In this document: positions 1-10,243 of the stretch, piece by piece | Numbering within the stretch: position 1 is the stretch's first letter | Layout of the letters: each line of letters starts with the position of its first letter | NCBI GenBank assembly: GCA_965223295.1 | Contig: CBDCWC010000002.1 | Coordinates: forward strand, 1,088,001 to 1,152,000 | DNA from: Nitrospirales bacterium | Lineage (GTDB): Bacteria; Nitrospirota; Nitrospiria; Nitrospirales; UBA8639 | Reading direction: 5' to 3' | DNA: 64,000 nt | Notes under the pieces: generated by a model | Told to the model about the DNA's origin: nothing | Databases searched by the model: none | What the model saw: only the letters and a program-made list of their open reading frames with translations | Program-made: the position numbers and the translations under genes

Positions 1-127
1 ACGCTCCGCGCGCAAAAATGGCTGTGGCCTTGCTGGATGAACTTTTTTGAACCGCCCCGAAGCTTTTGATATCCGACGTGATCATGAGCAAATTTGCCTC
101 TGGTGTTTTATATTATTCAACACTCCC
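1..127. mobile_element. Right part of MITE-like repeat (family A), truncated by window start
   Basis: 1-37 is identical to 21436-21472. It is followed by the same inner end (CTTTTTTGAAC..CCC) and outer end (ATTATTCAACACTCCC) as the full copy at 21372-21596. Confidence 0.8.
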
Positions 128-180
128 ACGCTGGCAGACTATCTATTTTTGCTGCATCCCGCTTCATAACATGAGCCCAA

Positions 181-1236
181 TTACGAAAGAGGAGAGGCTA
201 GAGATTGTTGAATTGATTCCAACAGGGAATTGACGGAAATAGATTCCAGGCATTCCAAATGCTGAGGATTACGACAGGTTCTTTGCCCGCAGGGGCTGCA
301 TTCGAGTTCACTTCGATGTACCTCATGTTGTGTTAAAGGATAGGGGCCCGTAGCTTTTGGTGATGTCGGGCCAAAAATGGCAACAACTTTTGTTCCGACT
401 CCTGCGGCCAGATGAATAATTGATGAATCATTGCCCACGACAAGTTTCATGTGTTTGAGGAATTCAGGTAATTGGCGAAGAGAAAGTTTCCCAACGACAT
501 TGACCAATCCCTGTGATTCTAAGTGGCCAAATTCTTCTGCTGCCTGACTATCAGCAGGACCGCCCAGGATCACCACACCAACCTTCGGCAATTGCAAAAG
601 TTTTTCAGCTAACTTCACAAATCGATCCAATGGCCAACATTTTAACGCAGAACGGCTCCAAGGAGCCAAAGCAATCACCTGGTCATGGCCCTTAGCCAAC
701 GTGGACTCCAATACATCACAATGAGAGATCTGCTCCTCCGCTAGCTCAGGAAAATGAAAGATGGGACGAGAGATATCGCCGTCAAGAAATTGAGCAATAG
801 CCAAATTACGATCAACAGCGTGGATACCTAACAACCGCCAAGGAGAGGTTTCCTCTCCCGGCAGAGAAACATGATGCGTGTACATCCATCCGGCTCCTTC
901 CCTGGCCTGAGCAAATCCTACACGCCTATCCGCACCGGACAGGAGTCCGAACAATCCAGAACGAAACAATCCTTGAAAATCGACAACCAGATCAAACTGC
1001 CTTCGCCTCACACCTTGAATCAGTTTGGGCCAATTGGGCCAAGACACATCCACAGGCCAGACTTCATTGACATCGGGATTTCCCTCTAAGAGTGAGGCCC
1101 ATTCAGACTTCACCACCCAACAGATATGAGCTGAGGAAAACCGTTGTCGCAGCGCAGCCACTGCAGGAAGTGTGTGAACGATATCACCTAACGAACTAAA
1201 CTTTAAGACCAATATTCGCTGCGGAGATATATCCAT
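181..1236 (-). CDS. waaC: Lipopolysaccharide heptosyltransferase I (GT9)
   Basis: SSLGDIVHTLPA and DFQGLFRSG motifs, NDS..HLA..G..FGPT C-terminal GT9 motif, LPS operon context. Start taken at MDISPQ (ORF extends to 1287). Confidence 0.75.
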   Translation of the reverse strand: MDISPQRILVLKFSSLGDIVHTLPAVAALRQRFSSAHICWVVKSEWASLLEGNPDVNEVWPVDVSWPNWPKLIQGVRRRQFDLVVDFQGLFRSGLFGLLSGADRRVGFAQAREGAGWMYTHHVSLPGEETSPWRLLGIHAVDRNLAIAQFLDGDISRPIFHFPELAEEQISHCDVLESTLAKGHDQVIALAPWSRSALKCWPLDRFVKLAEKLLQLPKVGVVILGGPADSQAAEEFGHLESQGLVNVVGKLSLRQLPEFLKHMKLVVGNDSSIIHLAAGVGTKVVAIFGPTSPKATGPYPLTQHEVHRSELECSPCGQRTCRNPQHLECLESISVNSLLESIQQSLASPLS

Positions 1237-1290
1237 GTGCTCGCTGCCGTAGAAATCCAGAATCACTACATAGAATAACGTATACACTCA

Positions 1291-1875
1291 TCAATTAGGA
1301 GCTCGATTTGAAAGATCTCGTTCTATCCAATCAACAGCCTGTCCAAACGATTGGGCAATATGAGCGATAGGAAATTGACCAAGATGACTGGCTGTAACGG
1401 CTGCGTCACTATAGTCACTCGACATCACCAAAACACCGCTCATTCCTGCCTTGTACGCTGTTTCTAAATCACTGGCTTTGTCACCCACAAAATAACACTG
1501 AGCAACATCAAGAGAAAAATCTTGAGCCGCTTGCTGAATCATGGCCACACCGGGCTTGCGGCACAAACATCCATCGTTGGGATGATGAGGACAAAAATAG
1601 ACCGCATCAAGACTACCGCCACCAGTCTCTAAGAGTTGTTCTAGCTTGTGATGAATGTCCTCTAAAACCTGCACCGTCATGAACCCCCGTCCAATAGCCG
1701 ACTGATTCGTTATCAAGATCACTCGAACACCAAGATGATTCAACCGCGCAAGAGCTTGTGGAACTTCAGGAAAAAGGACCAGCTGCTCAGGAGTCGTCAC
1801 ATACCCATGATCTTCATTTAAGGTGCCATCACGATCTAAAAATACGGCAATAGGTGTTACTACAGCATGATTCAT
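1291..1875 (-). CDS. gmhB: D-glycero-manno-heptose 1,7-bisphosphate phosphatase (HAD)
   Basis: FLDRDGTL, ITNQS, CPHHP..C.CRKP and VGDK.SD motifs. Confidence 0.9.
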   Translation of the reverse strand: MNHAVVTPIAVFLDRDGTLNEDHGYVTTPEQLVLFPEVPQALARLNHLGVRVILITNQSAIGRGFMTVQVLEDIHHKLEQLLETGGGSLDAVYFCPHHPNDGCLCRKPGVAMIQQAAQDFSLDVAQCYFVGDKASDLETAYKAGMSGVLVMSSDYSDAAVTASHLGQFPIAHIAQSFGQAVDWIERDLSNRAPN

Positions 1876-2972
1876 GACTCAATACATTCCCTCGTGCGCT
1901 GTCGATCGACGAAGCGATCAATGTGTTCCATGACTGACTTGACCACACGATCTGTCGAAATTTGACTCATACAACGATGATCAATCGGACAGGCCCGTAG
2001 CAAACAAGGAGAGCAGCGAACCTGCTCTCGAATCACACAAGATTCTCCACCTACCGGCCCTGTTGTTTCAGGATCGGTTGCCCCAAAGAGAGCCACAACT
2101 GGAATTCCCAACGCTTGGGCCACGTGCATCGGGCCCGTGTCATTCGTGACGAGCATGGTGCAACGCACTAACACAGCCATGAGCTCTTGAACGGTGGTCT
2201 TTCCAGACAAGACTATCGGCTGCGTTCGCATCTGACGGGCAATATCTAATCCAAGTCTGTCCTCCCCTTTTCCGCCAATCAGCACGCAACGCACAGAAGA
2301 AAACTCTGAATGTCTGCCATAAATGCGCTCGACAAGCTCGTCCCCCAACTCTGCAAACCGCTCCGGCAACCACCGTTTAGCTGAGCCATAGACAGAGCCC
2401 GGATTGATCCCTATCAGCAGTCTGTTGGATGAAGAACATATGTCGGGAAATCGTTGTTCAAAATCAGAATAGTCGTGCATTGTCGTCGAGAGCTTTGGAG
2501 TTGAATCTCCTAAAGACCCCTGCGCTATTTTCTGAATCAGTTGTTGGTAGTAGTGCGTCTGATGCAAGCCAGCTTGTAATGGAACTGGAATCGCCTGGGT
2601 TAGCAACCAACTTCTCCCATCGGTTGCATATCCAATTCGGCTTGGAATACCAGAGAGGACCGCGAGCACGGCCGCTTCAAAGGCATTTTGAAAAAGTACT
2701 GCCGCATCAAACGCCCTTTTCCGAATTACTTGACTCAACCGCAACAGGCCCAAGAGTCCACAATGAGCCGTTTGATGTTCATAGACAATGAACTCTTTAA
2801 TTCCGCATTGACCATCTAACAAACCCGCAATGGTAGGTTTGGCCACAACCGTTATGTCTGCATGTTTAAAACAATTCCGCAAATCCCTCAACGCAGGCAG
2901 ACACATGACGGCATCCCCAATCCAATTCGGCACACGGACAAGAATATTCTTGGGCAAGGAAAGGTCCGTCAT
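1872..2972 (-). CDS. waaF: Lipopolysaccharide heptosyltransferase II (GT9)
   Basis: RVPNWIGDAVM, NPGSVYGSAKRW and TNDTGPMH motifs. Confidence 0.85.
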   Translation of the reverse strand: MTDLSLPKNILVRVPNWIGDAVMCLPALRDLRNCFKHADITVVAKPTIAGLLDGQCGIKEFIVYEHQTAHCGLLGLLRLSQVIRKRAFDAAVLFQNAFEAAVLAVLSGIPSRIGYATDGRSWLLTQAIPVPLQAGLHQTHYYQQLIQKIAQGSLGDSTPKLSTTMHDYSDFEQRFPDICSSSNRLLIGINPGSVYGSAKRWLPERFAELGDELVERIYGRHSEFSSVRCVLIGGKGEDRLGLDIARQMRTQPIVLSGKTTVQELMAVLVRCTMLVTNDTGPMHVAQALGIPVVALFGATDPETTGPVGGESCVIREQVRCSPCLLRACPIDHRCMSQISTDRVVKSVMEHIDRFVDRQRTRECIES

Positions 2973-3025
2973 TATTTATAGGATCGCAACTCCGTAAAGT
3001 AATCCCATGCAAGCAACTTCGTTGT

Positions 3026-4159
3026 TCATACCAAGCCGATAGGTTCCAATAGTTCAAAGATTTGATCTTGCCCCGCTATGAACGCAATATCTATGGAAAC
3101 AAACCAAATAGGATCGTTCTTCGTAAACCATTCACGCAATTTGACCGAATCCTTTTCCGTGGTTACAAGCATTCTACATGCGGATTCTGTAATTTTCTTT
3201 CGTAAAAGATCCGCTTCAACTTTCCCATAGTGGCAATGATCAGGAAAAACAATTTCTTCACCAATATACGCTCCACATCCTTCGAGCATGTCATGGAACG
3301 CGCTTGGATTCCCTATGCCGCTGACGACCAATAATGAATTCTCTCGCAAGGATGATACGGGTCTCACCTCTCCAGTCCCCAAATGCTGAATCTGCTTGGG
3401 AACTGCGTTTACAATAAGCGGTCGTATGGATTCTCCAATCGCATCTTCAAGACAAGTCTGAACAGGCTGAACGGATAAAAGAGATTCCGCTCGGGTGATG
3501 GCAATGGCCCCTGCCGCTTTCACCGCACTTAGGGGTTCCCGCAAACGCCCAGCAGGCAAGACATGGCTAAGCCCTTCAAGATCCGTAGCATCACATAACA
3601 CGACATCAAGGTCACGATACAAAGACAAATGTTGAAAACCATCATCGAGCAGGAAACAATCACAGTTGGCCTGCTCCAGCACCCATTGGCCAAGACGAAA
3701 TCGATCAGGGCCCACCGCCACCAGAGCCCATGGGCACTGCTGCGCAATCATTGCTGGTTCATCACCGGATACTTGCCAATCCTTCACATGTCCTTGCCCA
3801 TCAGACACCAGAAGATTACGAGAAATATCCTGACGTCCATACCCTCGGCTGAGAATTGCGACTTGCTTCCCCCTAGCATGGAGTTGTTGCGCTAACCATA
3901 TGACAAACGGGGTTTTGCCAGTTCCACCAACGGTGACATTTCCGATACTCACAACCGGCTTCGGTAATTGCAGCGTCTTTAGCCAGCCTCGTTGATAGGC
4001 CATTCGCCGAACTTGGGCAATCTTACCATAGACCACCGCCAGCCCACGTAACACCCATGGACAGTATCGTTGAAACCGATCCCACATGCGCAACTGACAG
4101 GAAAGATAAGCAGGAGAAAACGTGTTCACTAAGCGCCACGATAACAGATCATGATGCAC
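3026..4159 (-). CDS. lpxK: Tetraacyldisaccharide 4'-kinase
   Basis: [36 protein letters not shown] and TTEKD motifs. True start may be 4087. Confidence 0.93.
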   Translation of the reverse strand: MHHDLLSWRLVNTFSPAYLSCQLRMWDRFQRYCPWVLRGLAVVYGKIAQVRRMAYQRGWLKTLQLPKPVVSIGNVTVGGTGKTPFVIWLAQQLHARGKQVAILSRGYGRQDISRNLLVSDGQGHVKDWQVSGDEPAMIAQQCPWALVAVGPDRFRLGQWVLEQANCDCFLLDDGFQHLSLYRDLDVVLCDATDLEGLSHVLPAGRLREPLSAVKAAGAIAITRAESLLSVQPVQTCLEDAIGESIRPLIVNAVPKQIQHLGTGEVRPVSSLRENSLLVVSGIGNPSAFHDMLEGCGAYIGEEIVFPDHCHYGKVEADLLRKKITESACRMLVTTEKDSVKLREWFTKNDPIWFVSIDIAFIAGQDQIFELLEPIGLV

Positions 4160-4166
4160 AAGAGAA

Positions 4167-5564
4167 CTAGGATGAACCCATTGATGAGAAGCCGTAAGGG
4201 TTCTTCATACCTGGAGACTGTTGAACTGAGTCATCACGAGTAGCATGGCTCATATCAGTTTCAGTCGGATCAAGATAACAAGGTAACTGGCGAATCATCC
4301 TATGATTCTTCTCGACAACGCCACGATTTTGTTGAACGACCAATAAGGCCTGTCGGCCCATTTGCTCAGCCTCAATTGGATGAGTCAACAGATGTACAAG
4401 AGGGTTCAAAACTGCATCGGGTTGTCGCACTTGAAGCGCTCCTCCAGATTCCAGCAATTGCTGGACAATATCTTGACAATGATCAACATACGGCCCAAAA
4501 AGGACAGGGCGTCCCCACTGGGCAGGCTCTAAGACATTATGGCCTCCCACGGGAACCAATGTCCCTCCAACAAAGCCGACGACTCCCAGACCATACACGT
4601 ACGGCAATTCCCCACGAGAATCTAAAAGAATCACTCGAGGTGAGGCATAATCATTCGCCAAATTTTTCTTCTCACCCATCACACTCCGCCGGATACATGG
4701 AAATCCATATGAAGCAATCACTCGCTCTAACTCATAAGCTCGTTCGATATGCCTGGGAGCAATGACCAGAACTATATTGGGCTGTGTCGCGCTCAACGTC
4801 TTATAGGCTTCCAAAAGATGTTCTTCTTCTTGAGGATGCGTACTTCCCGCCACAATAACCTGCTCTTCGTCACTGATGCCCAATGATTTTCGTAGAGCCG
4901 TTGAAGAATCACTTTTTCTCTGTTGCCCAAGAGACTGGTCAAATTTCATATTGCCCGTCACATGCACAACATCTGCTGGCGTACCTAATTTTCTGATGCG
5001 ATCTGCATCACGATCTGTTTGCATGAGCGCCATATCAATTGAAGCCCAAATTGTTTTCATGAACCTCTTGACCAATCGATATCGAGAAAATGAGCGGGAG
5101 GAAATCCGGCCATTGACTAAACATACCGGCACCTGATGTTGCTGAAGACTCGTGAGTAAGTTAGGCCAAAACTCCGATTCTACTAGGAGAAAAAGGCGAG
5201 GTTGAATTGCTCGGACATAACGAGTGACCGCCCACCACATGTCTATTGGCGCATAACAATGCGTGGCAATGCCCTGTAATCGAGTCAACACCATCTCACG
5301 GCCGGTTTCCGTCACAGTCGACACAATCAATTCTTGTCGCGGGTCCGCTTCTTTGATGGCCTTGAGCAAGGGAACCACAGCCGTGACCTCCCCTAATGAG
5401 GCCGCATGAATCCATACGACTGGTCCGGAGTGATTTACTAAGCCAACAGGTACTCTTCCCAATCTCGCTAAGATACCTCGCTGAGATCGTTTCTTAGCCA
5501 AAAGCAGGCTGACAATGACGGGGAACCCCAGGTGTAACAATGTATTGTAGAATAACCAAAACAT
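4167..5564 (-). CDS. waaA: 3-deoxy-D-manno-octulosonic acid (Kdo) transferase
   Basis: WIHAASLGE, VNGRIS, TGNMKFD, AGSTH, APRHIER and GGHNVLEPA motifs. Confidence 0.95.
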   Translation of the reverse strand: MFWLFYNTLLHLGFPVIVSLLLAKKRSQRGILARLGRVPVGLVNHSGPVVWIHAASLGEVTAVVPLLKAIKEADPRQELIVSTVTETGREMVLTRLQGIATHCYAPIDMWWAVTRYVRAIQPRLFLLVESEFWPNLLTSLQQHQVPVCLVNGRISSRSFSRYRLVKRFMKTIWASIDMALMQTDRDADRIRKLGTPADVVHVTGNMKFDQSLGQQRKSDSSTALRKSLGISDEEQVIVAGSTHPQEEEHLLEAYKTLSATQPNIVLVIAPRHIERAYELERVIASYGFPCIRRSVMGEKKNLANDYASPRVILLDSRGELPYVYGLGVVGFVGGTLVPVGGHNVLEPAQWGRPVLFGPYVDHCQDIVQQLLESGGALQVRQPDAVLNPLVHLLTHPIEAEQMGRQALLVVQQNRGVVEKNHRMIRQLPCYLDPTETDMSHATRDDSVQQSPGMKNPYGFSSMGSS

Positions 5565-5570
5565 GAGCAG

Positions 5571-6301
5571 TCATTGGGTGGAAGAAGATGAGCCGTGATT
5601 CATCGTACGAAGAAAGTAGGCAGCAGGGTCAGACTGTTGAACAGCATGTTCAGCTTGTTCGGTCAAAGTATTTAAGGCATGCTGTAGTGCTATTCCATCG
5701 TTTACCAATTGGTCTTTTGTCCTATTGCAAGCTACCATGATGGGCTCACCCCAGATAAACAGTCCCTTGCTCAAAGGAAGAGGGATTTGGAAATGATCCC
5801 AACTCGAAAAGACTTTTTTTTTGAGCAGGCAAAGGTCAGGGGTACGATAGGAAAGCCTGTGAGTTTGGCCAGCAATATGACGCCCATCTGCACATGGCAT
5901 GCGGGACCACGTGGGCCATCTGGAGTAATCACTAAATCGTGTCCTTGACGCCCGATACTGATGAGCTGGCGAAGAGCTTTCATGCCTCCCCGTGTACTGG
6001 ATCCTCGAACGGTGTCAAAACCAAACTGCTGCATGATATTGGCAACCATTCCTCCGTCCCGATGTTGGCTAATCAAAATAGAGGCCGAATGCCCCCGATA
6101 GGCCAAAGGCATCATCAGTTGCCGCCCATGCCAAAACGCTATAATGATAGGCTTCTCTTTTTGGTTAAACGCATCAACCGTTTCTCCAGCAATGGTTGAT
6201 ATCGTCATAGTCTTAGCTAAGACCTTTATCCCCCAAGCGGCAAAAACAGGTACGATATGTAGTTTCAGCCACGTCACCATGCGAGATTCATCTTCATACA
6301 T
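5571..6301 (-). CDS. DUF374 lysophospholipid acyltransferase (LpxJ-like lipid A secondary acyltransferase), split by a -1 frame transition at an A9 run
   Basis: Frame 1 (6301-5771) has FWHGR, LIS.HRDG, VRGSSTRGG and ITPDGPRGP. Frame 2 (5900-5571) supplies the family-typical SWD.F.IP.P..K....GEPI C-terminus. The junction is at T9 (5814-5822). Confidence 0.8.
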
Positions 6302-6304
6302 CTA

Positions 6305-8056
6305 TCAATTAGTCGAAAGAGGCTCTCGTTGAGTGAGTTGAAATTGGGTTTGGTAGAGCTTGGTGTACAATCCACCCTTTTGTAACAACTCGGCATGCGT
6401 CCCGATCTCCTCAATCCGTCCCTCATTCATCACCACTAAACGATCGGCATGTTGCACCGTCGAGAGTCGATGCGCAATCACTAATGTGGTACGGGCCTTC
6501 ATCAGATTGGTCAAAGCCTGTTGTACCAGTTTTTCAGACTCAGAATCTAAAGCAGAGGTGGCTTCGTCAAGAATCAGAATCGGAGGATCACGCAAAATAG
6601 CTCGCGCAATCGCCAATCGCTGTCGCTGGCCACCAGATAACTTCAACCCATTTTCTCCGACGAAGGTGTCGAGGCCCTGCGGCAATCGCTCAACAAATTC
6701 CCACGCATAAGCCGCACGCGCAGCCTCAATAATTTGCTCTTCGGAGGCATCCGGCCGCCCATAGGCAATGTTATTGCGAATTAAATCATCAAATAGCACT
6801 GTTTCTTGAGAAACAATCCCTATTTGACGTCTCAACGAGGAACGGTCTACCAGCCGAATATCCATATCATCAATCATAACTTTGCCTTCTGTCGGACGAT
6901 AAAATCGTGGCACAAGGCTTACCAAGGTGGTCTTACCGCTTCCACTGGCTCCTACGAAGGCCACGACTTCGCCGACCCGCACGGTCAAACTTACCCTATC
7001 GAGCGAACGTTCCTTCGCACCTTCATAGGAAAAACTCACATTAGAAAATTCTAGTTGGCGTGAAATAACAGGAAGAAGGGCCTTCCCCTCATCCTTGGCC
7101 AATTCACTATCAAGATCCAACACGGAAAAGACTCGTTTCCCACCTGCAAGAGCCCGCTGAATTGACGCATTGGCACCTGACATCTTCCTGACAGGCGCAT
7201 AGGCCATGAATAACGCTGTAAGAAAAGAAGAAAATTCCCCAAACTTCATTTCACCAGAAATCACTAAACCACCACCATACCAGATAATAAACGCCACACC
7301 ACAGGAACCAATGATTTCGAGCATAGGAGAAGAAAGCGCAGAAGCTTGAGAAGATTTGACTTGCACTCTCCGAAAAGCCTTATTCATAAGCGAAAAACGT
7401 TCCTCTTCTTTTTCTTCCTGCCCGTACGCTTTGACAATTTTGATTCCGGAAAATGCTTCTTTGAGGACGGAGGCCATACTCCCAATAGATTCCTGGCCTC
7501 GAGTCGAAAATCCCCGTATGCGTTTCCCGACGCGAATCAAGACATAGGCGGATAACGGCAGGACAACTAACACGACTGAAGCCAATTCCCAGCTTCGGTA
7601 AAAGGCCACGCCAATCAGCACGATAAAGGTCAAACCTTGCTGGAACATATCTTTGAGCACGCCCGGTACGGCATTCGCCATTTCATTGACATCACTGATG
7701 ACACGGGCCATCAATCGCCCTGAACTGTTTGCATCATGAAAGCGTATAGGTAAGCGGACGATATGCATGAATAATTGCTGCCGAACATCTGCAATAAGCC
7801 ATTGCCCGACATAGCCCATCAAATAGGACTGTCCATAGGCAAATCCAGCTTTCATGACTGTGATCCCCAAAAGAGCAAGGGGCAACGTGACTCGAGACTC
7901 CGGTTTAAAGTCAATGAAAATATCTTGTAACAGGGGAGCCACTAATATGGCGGTGGCTCCTTGACCAGCGGCAACCCCACCAGAACAAAGAACAGCGATA
8001 AACAATCTGAGACGATAGGGCTTAAGATATTGAACGATACGCCATAAGATATTCAT
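6305..8056 (-). CDS. msbA: Lipid A export ABC transporter permease/ATPase
   Basis: N-terminal TM domain, GASGSGKT, LSGGQRQR, ILDEATSALD. Located in the lipid A operon. Confidence 0.9.
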   Translation of the reverse strand: MNILWRIVQYLKPYRLRLFIAVLCSGGVAAGQGATAILVAPLLQDIFIDFKPESRVTLPLALLGITVMKAGFAYGQSYLMGYVGQWLIADVRQQLFMHIVRLPIRFHDANSSGRLMARVISDVNEMANAVPGVLKDMFQQGLTFIVLIGVAFYRSWELASVVLVVLPLSAYVLIRVGKRIRGFSTRGQESIGSMASVLKEAFSGIKIVKAYGQEEKEEERFSLMNKAFRRVQVKSSQASALSSPMLEIIGSCGVAFIIWYGGGLVISGEMKFGEFSSFLTALFMAYAPVRKMSGANASIQRALAGGKRVFSVLDLDSELAKDEGKALLPVISRQLEFSNVSFSYEGAKERSLDRVSLTVRVGEVVAFVGASGSGKTTLVSLVPRFYRPTEGKVMIDDMDIRLVDRSSLRRQIGIVSQETVLFDDLIRNNIAYGRPDASEEQIIEAARAAYAWEFVERLPQGLDTFVGENGLKLSGGQRQRLAIARAILRDPPILILDEATSALDSESEKLVQQALTNLMKARTTLVIAHRLSTVQHADRLVVMNEGRIEEIGTHAELLQKGGLYTKLYQTQFQLTQREPLSTN

Positions 8057-9180
8057 GAGTGGATTTCAGAGAGGATAAGTTTTGCAGCCCGCTCAGATGC
8101 TCCAGATGTCCCCAACATATTTCGAACCGATTGAAACCCCTCTTTCATGAATTGCTGGCGAGCAGAATCTCCTAAGATCGCTGAGGCTTCGCGGGCAACA
8201 TTGTCCGCAGTCGCCCGTTCTTGCAGGAATTCTGGCACCAATTCCTGTTCGGCCAAAATATTCACAAGCCCTATATATGGAATTGTAACGAGACGTTTCC
8301 CTATTTGATAGGTCAACGGTGATGTCCGGTACACAATAAGCATTGGGGTCCCAATCAGAGCGGTCTGAAGAGTAGCCGTACCCGAGGCTACAAATACAAA
8401 ATCTGACGCCGCAATGACTTCGTTCGGCTTCCCTTTAATCAGGGTCACTGCAGACGAGGCTCGAAGCAGTTCTTGGACAAGAGCATCTGAAAGAGATTCA
8501 GCCTGAGCAACAAGAATCTGCAATTTTGGGTGCTGCTCCTGAAGCCTAGCACAGGCGTGTAACAACATTGGCAAAAGATCTTGGACTTCTTTCGCACGAC
8601 TCCCAGGCAAGAGGCCAATAACCATCTCATTGGCTTTGATCCCAAGAGTCGTTCGCACCGCCTTCACATCATAGGCATCTTGAATCTCATCCAAAAGAGG
8701 ATGTCCCACGTAGTCACAGGCAATGCCTTCTTTTCGGAAAAAACTTTCTTCAAACGGCAAAATTGCCAAGACGCGTGTAATGACTGCACGCATTAGCTGG
8801 ACTCGACGTTTCCCCCAAGCCCAAACCTGTGGGGCAATATAATAAATAATCTTCTGCGACGCTTTGGCCGCAACCTTGGCAAGACGGAGATTCAAACCAG
8901 GACTATCAATCAACACAATGGCATCGAAACGGGTCTGTTTCACTAATTTCGAAAGCTGACGCAAGGTCTTCCAGCCCCCCCATAATTGCTGAATGCCAGG
9001 AACCCCCATAGCATCAACTCTGGCAATGTCAGGCAGCAACTGCACGCCTGCTCGGGCCATATGGCCGCCTCCAACCCCAATGAGATCAATTGAGGGCTCT
9101 AACTCCTGCAGAGCGACAGCCAACTTAGCTCCATGAAGATCTCCAGAAGTTTCCCCTGTTACGAGCAGAATCTTGGACAT
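8053..9180 (-). CDS. lpxB: Lipid-A-disaccharide synthase
   Basis: GETSGDLHG, YIAPQVWAW, YVGHPL, LLPGSR and ASGTATL motifs. Confidence 0.95.
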   Translation of the reverse strand: MSKILLVTGETSGDLHGAKLAVALQELEPSIDLIGVGGGHMARAGVQLLPDIARVDAMGVPGIQQLWGGWKTLRQLSKLVKQTRFDAIVLIDSPGLNLRLAKVAAKASQKIIYYIAPQVWAWGKRRVQLMRAVITRVLAILPFEESFFRKEGIACDYVGHPLLDEIQDAYDVKAVRTTLGIKANEMVIGLLPGSRAKEVQDLLPMLLHACARLQEQHPKLQILVAQAESLSDALVQELLRASSAVTLIKGKPNEVIAASDFVFVASGTATLQTALIGTPMLIVYRTSPLTYQIGKRLVTIPYIGLVNILAEQELVPEFLQERATADNVAREASAILGDSARQQFMKEGFQSVRNMLGTSGASERAAKLILSEIHS

Positions 9181-9235
9181 GTACGAATAGAATACACCAG
9201 GATGGTGTTTAATCACACAATGAAGGTTCTGACGA

Positions 9236-10186
9236 TTAGGATGTCGCCATAGAAGAATGAATCAAGGACACAATATGACTGGCCATCCGCAAGGCTTCGA
9301 CACCTTCTTGACCAGAAACACCTTCTTTAGTTGTAGTTCCAAGAATGGACTGGATAAAACAATCCAGTTCTCTGGTTAAGGCATCTCCGGTAGAAGCCGA
9401 GAACTTCTGAGATTGGACATCGCTAGCCATCCCATCTGATGCATGACAGGTATTCACCACCGCGCTCTTAGCGCTCAAATCCACTGAAATATAGCAATTG
9501 GGCTGATAAATTCTCACTTTTCGCAAACGGCCTGTGGAAATTCGGCTGGCGGTTAAATTCACCAAACACCCAGATTCAAACATGATCCTCACAGTGGCAA
9601 TATCAGGGTGCTCTGTAAATACTGGCATCCCCCGAGCCTCAATGTGTTGTCTCGGGCCAAGATCCAATGACAAGATTAAGTCTAAATCATGAATCATGAG
9701 ATCTCGGACAACGTCGACATCCGTTCCACGTGGCTGAAATGGACTCAGCCGGTGACATTCAATAAAACCAGGGTTTTGGATAGTAGGACACACCTGCTCA
9801 ACAATAGGATTGAATCGCTCCACATGTCCGACATGAAGAATTTTTTCTTGATCTTTAGCCAGGTTAACAAGGTCTTCGCCTTCTTGTTCGTTGCTGGCAA
9901 TAGGCTTTTCAACCAAGACATGACAATTCTGCTCCAAACAAGATTTCACCACAGAAAAATGTGCTGACGTTGGAACAGCAACACTCACCGCATCAACGCG
10001 AGACAATAATTCACCAAGTGTCGGAAAGAACGTGACCTTGAATTCATCAGCAATAGCTTGTCCTCGTGCAACATCAATGTCAGTCACTCCAATCAATTCT
10101 ACGGCCGGTAATGTGCAATAAATACGAGCATGATGCCGGCCTAAATGCCCGACACCAATGACTCCAATTCGTAATGACTGCGTCAT
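9236..10186 (-). CDS. Gfo/Idh/MocA oxidoreductase, GnnA-like (UDP-GlcNAc 3-dehydrogenase candidate)
   Basis: GVGHLG Rossmann motif, VLVEKP, VGHVERFNP, DLMIHDLD. Lies between lpxA/lpxI and lpxB. Confidence 0.75.
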   Translation of the reverse strand: MTQSLRIGVIGVGHLGRHHARIYCTLPAVELIGVTDIDVARGQAIADEFKVTFFPTLGELLSRVDAVSVAVPTSAHFSVVKSCLEQNCHVLVEKPIASNEQEGEDLVNLAKDQEKILHVGHVERFNPIVEQVCPTIQNPGFIECHRLSPFQPRGTDVDVVRDLMIHDLDLILSLDLGPRQHIEARGMPVFTEHPDIATVRIMFESGCLVNLTASRISTGRLRKVRIYQPNCYISVDLSAKSAVVNTCHASDGMASDVQSQKFSASTGDALTRELDCFIQSILGTTTKEGVSGQEGVEALRMASHIVSLIHSSMATS

Positions 10187-10243
10187 AGGCTTGCGTCTAG
10201 TCGGTAAGAAGATTTCCCGGAGACCAGAACATGGAGAACAAGA

